NCBI GenBank assembly: GCA_012295275.1
Contig: CM022676.1
Location: 1,302,001-1,366,000 of the forward strand
Source of the DNA: Chrysomallon squamiferum
Taxonomy: Eukaryota; Animalia; Mollusca
DNA: 64,000 nt
Reading direction: 5' to 3'
Each line of letters begins with the position of its first letter. Position 1 is the first letter of the stretch. The notes below the pieces were generated by a model. That model was not told the DNA's origin. It saw only the letters and a program-made list of their open reading frames with translations, and did no database searches. Both the position numbers and the translations under genes were made by a program. This document shows, in pieces, positions 50,455 to 63,740 of this stretch.

Positions 50455-50641
50455 CCAATCGCTAGAGTCCATGAAACCACGTGATTTGTATTATATAAAG
50501 GTTTGCGGAGGTCTGGCTTTGTCAAAGCGAGCCTGTCACAGACGTGTAACAATAACTTGCGCTTAATTTGTTTTACTCAGCGACGGTGAAGCCAAATTTC
50601 TACGCCAGACGCAACGTTTAAACTTCAGTACACAGGTAGGA
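50455..50641 (+). promoter_or_regulatory. Candidate Pol II promoter and non-coding first exon for EEP gene B2
   Basis: CCAAT 50455-50459, CACGTG 50478-50483, TATATAAA 50492-50499, then a CpG-containing ~110-nt stretch ending in CACAG|GTAGGA (donor at 50636); B2 has an unpaired acceptor just before its ATG. Confidence 0.45.
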
Positions 50642-52619
50642 AATTTGAATCATCGTGTTTCACAAAGATATCGAGCCTAAATTAGATTTTTAGAGATATT
50701 TAGAAATTTCATTTATTTTTAATTTTAATTTTTGCTTTTTTTTTTGTTTGTTTTGGTCTTCTGGTTAGTATTAATAGCATTAATAGCCACTGAAGATTTG
50801 GATATCATTTTGTAAACAAGTATTTAGAAACGAATGCAAATTATATTAAAAGTGTTTGTCATTAAATGCTCGTTTCATACCTGTATATAAGGCGTAACCT
50901 CCTGTTGGTATTTTCCAAAACATTTATTGGACAACAAATGAACCCTTTAATGGATTTGACAGGTGCCAGGTATTTGTGGTTGAGAACGGCCAATCAGCTC
51001 TACATGTCCAACTCCATTTCTGTTACAGTAAATACATCAGTAAAATACAAATTAATAAAAGCAATTGCCAAACCCTGCCTGACGTGGTTTTCATGATTAA
51101 AATTTCATATTCCTGGTTCATTTCATCAAAATATATTTGCATTTTTTTCGTTACTTGTTATATCCAAATCTAGTTTCATATGCTTCAAATACTTCTTAAT
51201 TTCACTAACGTCATTATTCTAGGAAAAGGCTTTATATCACGCGGTTTCTCCGAAACGTGATTCAGCATGATCAGTTATTGTTAATTTTCACCTTGTACAG
51301 TTAAATCAAACTGACAATTTTTTGTCACATATTTTAATTTATTTTACTTATAAATTAATTATTCGTTTAACGTTCATTTCTTTTTATCATTTATTTCAAA
51401 TGTGATAATAGTTGTTAAATTTAATTTTGACGGTGTCTCAGTCACATATATTCTCGGAATTTTGTACTCCATCCCTCCGCTCACGTATTTCCCCAAATAC
51501 TACTACTACTAACAGATACTAATAAAAGTAGTAGTAGTAGTACTAATAGTAGGTAGTAATTGTTGTAGGTGAAACGGGCAATGTTTTAAAAATAATTCAT
51601 TAGTTTACTTGTAAATTAATTATCCATTTAAGGTAAGGTTCTGATATATATATCTATATTAATGGAAATTGTTTTCCAAAATTTCTATTTTATTTTCTTC
51701 TTATCTTTTCCCCTTGCTTTTTATATCCCAGAAAGTAACACTAGACACTCAGTTATTACAGTTTTAAATTCACTGTATTCACAGCATGGCTGCACATATT
51801 TACTTTAACCAGACCGGCTAAAACTAATAAGACACGAGACGTATAAAATTACAGCCTGTAATAAGTGGTTCACTGGACACATTAATAGATTAACTACATC
51901 TTCATAAGTTACCAACAATTCCTTGAAAACCAGGACGTTTTGTTTGTACTGTAATGTCATAATCTGATTAAATGGAAGCAAACTGATGTTTCGCATTTTG
52001 TTGAAGATTATTTAAGAAATATATATGGTTTTAAATCTTTTCGTAATAATTAAAAATAATATTGTTACCCACTGACTGAATAATTCTTGGAAACACTGAA
52101 TAACTGGCAATGACAAATGTATTTCAAATTAGGTGCAACACAGAATGAATGTATTTATTAAATTTCTTACCAGTGTTTTGAGACAATTTCTGATGTAAAT
52201 TCACGTAAAGAAAATGTGAAAATAACAAACTGGACCACAGTCGCTTACTTGTATTACAAAATCTGGATTTGAAAGCGGAGATCATTTGCAGAAAAGTGTA
52301 ACGAAATAAAAGTACTGCGAATCTAAATAAACACAAGTTAATAATAATAATAATAATTGGTAATAGTAGTAGTAGTAGTAGTAGCAGTAGTTGTTTTTGT
52401 TGTATTGCTGTAGAGTAGTAATTGCTAAAACTCGGAAACTTTTTAAAATTCATAATAAAGATGATGTTTGTACAGCGGCCTTATGAATGTTTGCTTTATA
52501 TTACATAAAACTTATCGAATGATGTTTTTTGTGAAAAATTTAATTTATTATTGCTACTTCATGCAAATATTGCTTTCTTTTTTATATTTTTTTTTATTCC
52601 ACAGATTGATTGTTGAAGA

Positions 52620-53381
52620 ATGGCGGGTTCTGATCAAAGGCAAAATAACAAATATTTGATTACCATGAATGCTAATGGACCTGATGGACAGGGCCAGAGA
52701 GACAGAAGAAAACAATTGCTTGCCAGGTTATTACGTGTCGAAAACCCGCTGTTAGTTTTCATGCAAGAGTTTGTTTGGGCTGGTATTGATGATTCATGGG
52801 ATGACGATGTGAACAGCCGCTATCAGTACATAGAGGGCGTAGAGGAACAAGAGCGGAAAGGAGTTGGATTCGTTTTTAACCCAAAAATGGTAAAACTGAT
52901 CCATCTTGATGAGCAGATACGAGCTCAATGCGAAATATCTTTTCAATACCGCCACAGAATGTATATGTGTGTTATGAACATTGGAGGTTTTGAATGTCTA
53001 TGTATTTCTTGGCATGGACCTTATAATGGTTTACATGAAAAAGATAAGAAGGACATTTTCTTGGATTTCCTTTCTACGGTGAGCAAGATGAAAACAAAGT
53101 TTAATTTTCCTGTGATTGTCGGTGGTGATTTCAATCTGCAAGCAGAAATTGTTCAGGAGTGTGTTGAGGGGCACGATATTAAAACCCTGCTGGTGCACCG
53201 TACAACTGAACAGTCAATAGACATGTTCCTGGTTGATAAAGATTTAAAGATAAAGGAAAAACCTTGGCCGATTGACTGGTTTACTGATGCACGACAACAA
53301 AAGGACCCAAACACGGGCCTAATTATCTTCGATCACGACGCAGTACCACTTCGACTACAAATTAGAAAAAAAAGAGGTTAA
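52620..53381 (+). CDS. Stand-alone EEP domain protein, type B copy 2 (253 aa), intact single coding exon
   Basis: Same motifs as B1 (MNANG, QE, SWHGP, GGDFN, IDMF, FDHD); basic C-terminal tail RKKRG; acceptor just upstream of the ATG. Confidence 0.88.
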   Translation: MAGSDQRQNNKYLITMNANGPDGQGQRDRRKQLLARLLRVENPLLVFMQEFVWAGIDDSWDDDVNSRYQYIEGVEEQERKGVGFVFNPKMVKLIHLDEQIRAQCEISFQYRHRMYMCVMNIGGFECLCISWHGPYNGLHEKDKKDIFLDFLSTVSKMKTKFNFPVIVGGDFNLQAEIVQECVEGHDIKTLLVHRTTEQSIDMFLVDKDLKIKEKPWPIDWFTDARQQKDPNTGLIIFDHDAVPLRLQIRKKRG

Positions 53382-54115
53382 TGGGAGATTTTTTCACTAG
53401 CGGTGTAGTCTTCTTTTGGCCAGAGAGGAACTTATTATATTTTCATAACAAACATAATAAACATAATAAACATTAGTATTATTAATAATACTTATAGTTG
53501 CTAACTTCAGAGATTTTTAATAATAGAAGACAAAGGAGAAAAGAGTTGGATTTGTTTTTAACAAAGAAACATTAATTTTTAATTTTTCTGTCTATTCAGT
53601 TTGCAGTTTTGTTTAGTTTTATTTGTTTTTGTCTGTATTATTTAATACGTTTTCTTACAATTAAACATAGTCGCCTGATCTTTGAAAGAAAGGAATATTT
53701 ACTAACAAATTTTTTAGTATTTTTCTGTTTTATATAAAATAATAATAAACAAAAATTATTAATACAATTAATTTTAGTGGTATCTTCTTCATTTGTTTTG
53801 TTTTTTCATGTAATTTATTTGATATTTTTATGATATTTTATTTTTAATTACAGTATTCACTTAAAATTCTTAAAATACTTGCATGTAATACCTGTTCCTA
53901 TTACAAATATATATTGTAAATCATAATTTTATCTTTAGAACCGATACAGATACAAACTTATACTATTATTTATAAATTTTAATACAGCTTCATATTATTA
54001 AAAATCCTGTATGGAATATCACGCAATGGAAGAAAATTAACCTGAGAAAAGTAAAAAACATACTTTATTTAACTTTGTATAACTTAAAGTTATATTCAGA
54101 AGTATTATCCAGTAG

Positions 54116-54158
<43 letters not shown>

Positions 54159-54601
54159 GTAATAATAATAATAATAATAATAATAGTAATAGTAATAGTA
54201 ATGGTGATAATAATAATAATAATAATAATAATAGTAATGGCAGTGTCTAGTAATGAACAAGTAAGAAATGTATAAAAGAAACTTTGGAGTTTACTGTTTT
54301 TGTATTTTATGTCGCAGTATAACGTCTAAAATAAACGTTTCTGTCTTCAGCTGTCTGTGTACACGGGACATTGTTACTCGCCTTGCACGCCCCTCCCGAA
54401 ATAATTATGTCGATTACTGTCCTTTTCTTAATTTCTTTCATTTTCAAATTGTAATTTTATCTTTTATAATTATGTATATTTTTGAAAAGTAAAGGAATAG
54501 TTAAACAGAGTAAAGCTATGATTATAACATTTTAATGTGTTTTAAATAACATATTTGTTTTCTTTTTTATTGTTTTATTATTTTTTAGTTTAAAGTATGA
54601 C

Positions 54602-54638
<37 letters not shown>

Positions 54639-55806
54639 TTAATGTATTTCATTTATTATACTAGAATATTTGATAACAGATAAACTACAAAATATATACA
54701 GGTGAACAGTTGTTTTATTTATTTATTTACTTATTTATTTATTGTTGTCTTTTTTTTTCGTTAATGCACTTTTCTGGTGTACTAATATATTTATTACTTT
54801 TTTCTTTTTTAATCTAAAATTATTTTTGTTTTGTTATATTTATTTTGTTAGTATTTGGGGGGTTTTCAGTTTATTTTATTTTATTTTATTTGTTTTTGTT
54901 GTTTCTATTTATTTGTAAAATTAATTCTAATATCAATAATAACAATACTTATTTTTCTTTTTTATATATAATTATTTTTTTAAAATATATTTTAATGGTT
55001 TTTTTTTTTTTTTAAATATGTCATTATTTTATTATTTATTTATTTATTTAATTATATATTTATTTTTTATTTTTTTTTTTTTTTTTTTTTTATTAATTTT
55101 GTTATGATTGTATATTCGAAATATTTGTCCGACAGGACAGCTACCTCTGTAAATATAGAATGTGATTTCAAAGATAGCAGATCTCCCAGGTATTTTTCAT
55201 CAAATCTTGTATTAACTGTTTTCAGCTTAATTTCTGATTCGATCTAGATCGGGGGAGGTCGATATTAGACAGATGTTATGAAAGGGATTTAGTTGCTTGG
55301 GCTTGTTCCCATACTCGCACAAGCTCACGCATACGCACAGAGAAACCAGATGAATTTGTGAAGTAAAAAATTAATTAATTAGAAAACATATACATTACTG
55401 CTAAACAGATTTTATGTAATTTTGTGCTTATTTGTATTTCTTTGTGTTTGTTTGTGTGTTCGTTCGTGCTTACGTGTTTGTGAGATTGTAACTATCTTTT
55501 TAAAAAAATTATTATTAAGTAATTGAAAGGTTCTATAATATTTATTTATTTATTTTGTTTGTTTTTTGTTGTTTTTTTTAAATTAATTTTTAATCGTTTG
55601 TTTTATTTTCACAAATTCATTAATGAAAAAATTTTATGAAAAAATTAACCTTAATAAAAGTTTATAAAACTTTGTTAAGTTAGATCCAGTTTTGCTTCGT
55701 GTTTTTCTGTTTTTCACTAATTAATTAGAAATATTTTGATGTAGTTATCCAGGTTGTTATCAAATAGTAAAACGTTTTAGGTGTTAGTCTTGATAAAATC
55801 AGAATT

Positions 55807-55841
55807 ACACACACTCACACACACACTCACTCACACTCACA

Positions 55842-55912
<71 letters not shown>

Positions 55913-56270
55913 ATGCACGCGTCACCATATTTAATGTTGAGACAGATAAAATTTTAAAAACTGGCCTTGAAAAAAATAACATGATTTTTAATGTATGGTT
56001 TGTATGTTTGTATGTATGTATGTATGTATGTGCGTATGTGTGTGTGTATGTATGTATGTGTGTATATGTATGTATATATGTATGTATGTGTGTATGTATA
56101 TATGTGTGTGTGTATGTATGTATGTATGTGTGTATGTATGTATGTATGTGTATGTGTGTATGTATGTGTGTATTTATATGTATGTATGTGTGTGTGTATG
56201 TATGTGTGTATGTATGTGTGTATGTATGTATGTGTGTGTATGTATGTATGTATGAATGTTTGTATGTATC
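55807..56270. repeat. (CA)n and compound (TG/TGTA)n microsatellites
   Basis: Directly visible; these explain the spurious VCMY-repeat ORFs. Confidence 0.92.
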
Positions 56271-57119
56271 ACTATTATAAAACAGAAATTTATCAATACA
56301 CTTATGAATCAGATATTACACTGAATACTTAAGTCACTCATTAATATTTTCTCTTTCAACAAAATAAATCAGTTTACAGATAAGAAGGATCTCTATCAAA
56401 AACATAATATGTATTCCTCTAAATCTGGTTATCCATTAAGTAGACATTAAGTTGTAGTAAATAGTTTCAGAGTTAACTATGTATACGTATTTAGATACTA
56501 TTCTGTTTATATTTATTGGAATTATCTTCATATTTTTTTTTTTTTTTTATGAAAAAGAAAACAAAAGTAAAAAAAGAAACAAACGAAAAAGGCAAAAGAC
56601 AAAAACAACGCTTACAAAAGTACAAAAATACATATGTAGTTTTGGTATGTCATTGTGTGTGTGTGTGTGTGTGTGACAACAGCAACAATAATAATAATAG
56701 ACGTAAATATTATACGCCCGAAAGATCAATAAAACAGTTTCAAACAGTAAAACTTTGTTACACAGTTGTTCTACTATTTAAGTATTTTAATACAGTACTA
56801 TAATACATTTTTTTGTAATACAGTTGTCCTGTTTTTGTGTTAATATATTAATGTAATAATATATTGTTATACATTTGATCCATTTGATCATAAAACAATA
56901 ATATCATTATACATTATAATAAAGTCAGTTTGTTTATTCATCACCAAACTGGTGTCTTCGACTAAACAAAGAATCAGGTGGGAAAATAAACAAACAAACA
57001 AAACAATCACAATCCTGGCAAAATCGTGGAGATGAAGAACATAATTTTTCAAAGACAAACACAACACGAACAGCCTGATTTTGATTACTTGATTATTTGT
57101 TATATAACTTTCATAACTT

Positions 57120-57151
<32 letters not shown>

Positions 57152-58893
57152 TATATTTGTTGTCCTATCTGAATTATGAAAAGGTAAATGGTTATTTCAG
57201 AGTAATAAAAAAGAATCATCATGCTTCCGAGGTTTCATCTCTAATAATAAAACCTACAAATAAATATGTAAGACTTAGAAAATAAAATATGTTTAGTTGC
57301 TTTTGGTTCACTTGATAAAATGTGTATATATGGCAATTACTTTCTTGCGGGAGATAACTCATATTAACATGAGCTTTGAATTAAAACATAAATTATTTAA
57401 TTAATGTTCTGTACTAAAACGGGAAATAACTGGAATTACTTTAAATGAAATTAATTTGTTGATTTATGGTCTATATCAGCCTTCTCAAACAGGAGACTAT
57501 AATTAACGTTACCTGTTTTTCTTTTTCTGCATCATCACTGACTATGATGTTTCGCTGTAAATATATATATTTTTATTTTTACAATAAATCATATTTAAGA
57601 AAGGAAATTTTGTTCTTTCACATTAAAAAAACATTAACATAATGTTATTAACGTACAAGTCTAAATTTAACTTGACTTTTTATTATTTATTTATTTTTAT
57701 TTCTTATTCTTCTTATTTTTTAAATTAACAATATTAATTTACAACTGTTGTAAAGACACAAAATGTACGTTAGCATCCACTGACAGAGAGAATGAGCTTT
57801 ACCCAGATTGAACTAATAATTATTTATTCAATTTCCCTAAATTATCTAACGCATTTGGGTACTTTCTGTATTTGAATTACCACTTTCAACTGCACCTATC
57901 TACGTTTTCTACTTGTTTGAGACTTGTCTATTTTAGTTTCTTCTCTGTTCAAGCAAACTTTTGGGGAAATAAAATATTTCATAAATCGTGCTAACAAAAT
58001 AAAGACAGATACCACAAGTATTGTTTTTGTATCAGAGTATTTAACTAACTATAATTCTTTTTGAAAAAAAAAAAAATAATAATATTAAGTAAAAAAAATT
58101 AAATAAATAAATAAATTCAAAAAGTAAAATGAAAAAATAAATATGAGAAAAAATTTATATACTGATATAACTGTTAACTGGGTTTCTAAAATTTGTTGAA
58201 AAAGAACACCAGGATTTATTTAAAATTCAATTAATTTGTTATAATGCTCTATTGACTATAACCAGCCTTTTGGACCTGGAGGAAATAACACACATATTTT
58301 TGTGAACTGTTATATAATTATCGTTACTTTGTATTCTTTCCTACTTGTCATGCATTTATTATGATGTTTCGCTCTCAATATTTTTAAATCACTTTAAAAG
58401 TAAACTTTATTCTTTCTTATAAATTTAACTAGACTGTCAGTGGTGTTTTGTTTGCTTTTATTTAAAATAATTTATTATAATTATTACTGTTATTATTATT
58501 GTAATTATTATTATTTATAGATATTATTGTTGTTGTTGTTATTGTTGTTGTTGTTGTTTTAGCCAATATTATCATCGAGGAAAAGAAATGAATGCAAAGT
58601 TAATCTTGTATGATTGTGTTTAGATACTGCAGATAGTAAGTGTTTCTGCTTGATAAGTATAAACGGGATAAAGGGATAGAACACAGAACAGATCGGTAGG
58701 TGCAAACAGAATATATGTGCAGACAAACAGATAGATAAAGAAAGAAAGATAATAGATAAAGGTTCTTATTCCGTATTTCCGATGGTACTGCGGGCTCATC
58801 CTATAAAATAAAATAAAAATTCCCCATTTTTTAAATATGTTTTTTTTTATATTACACAAACATTTTTTTAAATTTATTTATTTATTTTATTTA

Positions 58894-59000
<107 letters not shown>

Positions 59001-60691
59001 TTTTTTGTGTGAAAAGAAATACATTTTAATTTGATGTCTTGCGTCAAAGATTTATTCGGAATTACAAATTACTCTCCGGCTGCCAACGCAGTCTCGTGTA
59101 GAAATATCTAAAATTTTATTATTAAAATTTATTATTATAAATATTAACAATATTATTAATAAACAGGAATCTCTTTTTATCGAACTAATGTCGTTACCAA
59201 GATGTGTGCGCGTGCAGTTAGGATGCTGCAATTGAAATCAATGGTTTATGAAAAGAAAAAAAACAGCTGTATTTAACACTGACCTCATGGATCGGCAGAT
59301 AAACTGTCAGAAATTCTGTCACGGTCAGTCAGTTTATAATATCTACAAGTGTTATTTGAGTCTTATAACGTGAGATCTACAAGAAGTGATGAAAATAAAC
59401 GGAAGAGCTGTGATGAACTTCATTCTCCCTGAACTTTATACCAATATTTTATTATCTTGTTAATAATTACTCTTTGTATTTTTTCTGGTTATTTACAGAA
59501 CGGCAGCGACTCATTCCGGATGTTCAAAACTTACTTTCGCAAACTAGGACGAAATTTTTTTAGTTTGTAATTGGACGAATCTTTGATGTATGATCGATGT
59601 GTTTTGATCGGTTGAAATTGAGAATATTTTTATAATGAAGCGTATTACATGGAAAATTGACGGATTTGATAAGTTCCAAAATGAGGATAAAGAGGGGCAT
59701 TCATGAAAATGATAAATAAAATCTACTTTCCACCAGCATTATCGCTTTCACTTTTTGTTCTCTTGGGCGCCATATTGGATAGGGTATAATAATAAAAAAA
59801 TATATATATACACCTAAAAGCAGCAACACCATAAAAAATGCCTGTAATCCTTTCTTTGACCTGGTTTTGACGTAAGCATCTTTTCTTATCTTTACCGACG
59901 TCAAAAGAAAGCTTGTCGTGACGCGTCGCTGTAGTTCGTAACTCAGAACATTATTCGTAAACCGAGACAAAAATTGCCCTAGATCACACACATTATATAT
60001 ATCTATATAAACTGTTTTGATTTCTTTATTTGAAGAAAAAAGCAGTTTTAATGATAGATCCATGTATAAATGTCCCAGCTCATCGTGTTAAACATCCATA
60101 TCTATCTCTCTACCTATCTATCTTTCTATCAGCCAGTTCAAATGAAGGCCTTGTCTCTGAACTGTTAATGATTAACTATCTTTGTAGTAGTTGTGTTTGG
60201 GGCTGTTTATTAGCTGGATACTTATTCATTATAATTTATATAAATAAATTTAAAAAACAAACAAAACAATAAAATAAAATTATTTTTGGTATTCAGTTTT
60301 AGTGGGGTAACAGATGTAGATAATATTTAAATAGTTTGGAATTCAAAATTAAAATTTATAATCGGCAAGTTATTATAAAATGACACGACAAACTGGAAAG
60401 AAACCTAACAGTGTGGTCATTTTAACTAATTTTTAAATTAATTCTGAATAACTTTAGAGGGAGAAATGCATCGAAAATAAAGAGAAGTAGGTTAAACTAA
60501 GCGATAAACTATGCGCTGACTTCCTGTCAGCACTAAACTCCTTTAGCTGGTGAATCGAACACATGTGATAGGGAAGAGAAAGAGAGAGTGGAAAAAAGGA
60601 GTGAGAGATTAAAAACCCAACACATTAACAACCGAAGAACAAGTGTCTAATAATGTTACAGTTACTTAAAGATTAACCATAAAAGACAGAT

Positions 60692-63542
60692 ATGGCTGTT
60701 ACACACTATGGACAATTTTTGCGACTGAGTCGCACTGTAATTTGTATTTGGATGGTGCATGCAGCCAAATCGGATAACGAAAACTTTAAAAACCTTTCAC
60801 TTCCTGGTTCTGTAAATGTCTTAAAAGATGAAAAATCTGAAAATGCCAAGTGTTTGAATGGCGTCACTTCGGTTTTAAGATCTTCCAGATACGGTGGAGT
60901 TGCTCTAAATACGACGGTTGTCAATGCATCTTTTGGTACCAATTATAATTGCTCCGTTAACATTGGCTCTCAAGTTTTATTCATTTACCACTATAACGAA
61001 CGTGAGAATGAGGTATGTTAGTCAACTTACACTATTTTAAGTATTTATAATGACAGAATACTTCATTATATGTATTTTGTCCAACATAGATACATTAACA
61101 AAATGAATAACTCAAAAAAGCATAAGAAAATACATGTTGATTTTATTTTAAACACTAAAAACACTGAGTCACTGACATCTAGTGCTAAAAGTAACAAGAA
61201 GAAAAACAGGATACAACGTTCCCACTATATAATTATTCTGTTATTTCTTTCCATTTATTTAGTTTAGATTAATTATATTTGTTTGTTTTGATTGGTGCTG
61301 TAATGTTTTTATAAGAACGTCCTTGCATTTTAATCATTTATTTATTTATTTATTATCATTATTGTTATTATTTTTTCTGAAGTGAATGATATTAGTTGTT
61401 AACAGTTTAAGACATATATTCATTCTTGTTTTTAGTAAATAATTATTCGAATAGAATTTTTTTTATCTAGATTTGATTGTTTATTATTTTTATTTTTTTT
61501 ATTATTGTTGTTGTTGTTGTAACAATTCATGCTTGTTATTTACAAATATTGTAGATTATTCATAGTGAAATTTAATTTCTGGATATACTTACATTTCACT
61601 ATTTTGTTATTATTATTATTATTATTGTTGTTGTTATTACTACTACTACTACTTCTATTGCTACTACTACTAATACTATTATTTTATTATTGTTTTATTG
61701 TTGCAGACTACAGCAGTTAGGGTTTCTGTGCAGAGTGAGTCTGCTCAGAATGACTTCCCTTTAATGATTGTAATACGTCAGCAGCAAGGCATCATGTCCT
61801 GGGCGGTTCCCCTAGTGATAGATTACTTGTACGTTTTCATCTTTTGTCAAATTTGTCTTCTAACATTATTATTATTTTTATTATTTTTCTGGTGTATCTT
61901 TTCTTCACAAAATATAAAACTTGTTACGTACGTTACTGGTACTGGATACATGTGGCTATATATACACAATTTATTATATTTTTGTGATATTCATGAGCTA
62001 AAACTCAAATTATTCTTGTTCGCAAAAACACAACAGTTTCCTATTATACAGAATATAAATCTGGGCAATTCAAAACAAGGACAAAAATTACAAACCCACA
62101 GTGTTTGAATTCAGACTTCAGTAATAATGTAAAGGATAAAATAATAATTAAGAATGTACAAAATCTGTTATTTTTTGATTATTAATGACATTTTTTTTCA
62201 CTAGGAAAGGTAAAAAAATATTAATATTAACAATAAATAAATAAATTAAAAAAAGGCCAAGTAAATGGCTGTTGATAGAAATAAGATAATGGCTATGGTT
62301 TGTTACAGTACATTTCATATTTGTGCATCATTACTCACACACTTTTCTGGTGTTGAACTCAGCATGCAATAATCTTATCTTTTAAAATCCAAATGTTGTA
62401 TTTTATGATATTAGCATGATAAAACAGAAAATAACAAGAATTATGATTTATATGAAATGAAATTACAACAGGCACATTTAATTTTCATTTTTATTTGCTA
62501 TCTTATATCATTTTATGCTTCTTCATTAATGGCTGAAATTTATATAGTCAGCAGGAGCTGTTTTTCAGTTCAGTGAATGTGTCTTTCATTGTTGTCTCAT
62601 TTCTTTCTTTTTCTGTTTGTTTGTTTATTTGGTTTTTTTGTTTAAAACAATTCAGTGATGTTATTTTTGGGTTGATAAATAAATTATAACAATTTGTTTT
62701 AATTTCAGATATCCTTACTATTTTGTAAATCGAACTCTTTGCCCGATGAACCCAGAACAAAGAAAGAAAATGAGAAAGGAGCAGTCAATTTATGTAGAAT
62801 TGTCAACCATGGCTCAAAATAACACTCCATTTATGTTCCAGGCAAAGTTTTTGAAAGATTTTAAAATAGGGTAATGCAAAAATGATCTTCTTTATTACTG
62901 TGTTGATCGTATGTTAGTGTATGTTCAGTTACTGAGTTTTATTTATATCTGTGTGTGTGTGGAAATATAATTTGTTTCTATATATATGTTAAGAGTATGA
63001 ACTTCACTATAGATGTTTCTGTTTTTTAGATAATAAAGTTATTAATACTGAGATTTTTTATCTTGTTAACTCTGTAGTTAATTTAATTTACAAAAAAATA
63101 AAAGGTTTCTTTCACATACATGAATACTTGGATATTTCTATTTTCCTGTGTTTCAGAAAAAATTAATAACATTATCAATTTTAACAGCCATTTATAAATT
63201 TAATATTCAAAGTTCTTTAAATTACACTGGCCTCTGTTATTTCTAATATTTCTGGTTTAAAAATAATTTTTTTGTTTCAGTCATGAGGAATCAAAAACTG
63301 TGAATATAACACCATCTGAACCTTGGTACTTCATGTACACATTTCCAAAAGGTGTGTCATCAGTTCACTTGAAAGTGAATTCATCCAGTAAGCTTTGTAT
63401 GGAAGTGTCAGTTCAAAAGATTGAGGTTTGTTTTAAACAGTATTTAAATATAGCGGTAACATATTGATTAACTTGTTCTTATTATTATAAATTAAAACTC
63501 TGATTGGTTAATTGGCATATGCGTAAATATGTTTCTATGAAG

Positions 63543-63592
<50 letters not shown>

Positions 63593-63740
63593 TGGTAATC
63601 ACATTAAAACAAAATATGTATTTTATGAAAGGAAAAATGATTGAATTTGTTTGCAGTGTCCTGTGTTTGACCTGGACAGAGATGTAGGTTTCCGTGGGAA
63701 ACATCAAACTATGACAACAAAGGCAGCCATGTTTCTGGAG
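60692..63740 (+). CDS. SIDT1: SID-1 transmembrane family member (SIDT1/SIDT2-like), first five coding exons; continues beyond the window
   Basis: Phase-compatible exons 60692-61012, 61707-61828, 62709-62870, 63281-63425 and 63657-63740. Translation includes AVRVSV, PLMIVIRQQQGIMSWAVPL, VNRTLCP, TPSEPWYFMYTFP, CMEVSVQ and CPVFDLDRDVGFRGKHQTMTTKAAM, matching the SID-1 family ectodomain. The N-terminus has a probable signal peptide and N-glycosylation sequons. SIDT1 vs SIDT2 cannot be distinguished. Confidence 0.92.

Larger units (their letters stand above)
33015..54005 (+). repeat. Tandem segmental duplication: copy 1 ~33015-41560, copy 2 ~43120-54005; each carries EEP gene A then EEP gene B
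   Basis: Near-identical sequence at offset ~10.05 kb through gene A (36118 vs 46166) and ~12.44 kb at gene B (40181 vs 52620); copy 2 has ~2.4 kb extra at ~49680-52150. Confidence 0.88.

Noticed and set aside
36118-53381. EEP ORFs as the endonucleases of intact LINE retrotransposons
   Set aside because: Each ORF stops right after the DH motif, with no reverse transcriptase, ORF1 or poly(A)/TSD nearby, and each has a splice acceptor before the ATG. A remote TE origin remains possible.
55981-56332. VCMY-repeat ORFs, and poly-I/poly-L/poly-Y ORFs elsewhere (e.g. 34276, 38243, 49505, 54075)
   Set aside because: These are translations of microsatellites.
57470-58420. Diverged direct duplication (~57470-57620 vs ~58255-58420)
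   Set aside because: Short, degenerate and AT-rich, with no functional signal.
59030-60063. CpG-richer segment with a 120-aa minus-strand ORF and a weak inverted match (~59033 vs ~59865)
   Set aside because: The ORF has no recognisable motif and the inverted match is too short and degenerate to call TIRs.
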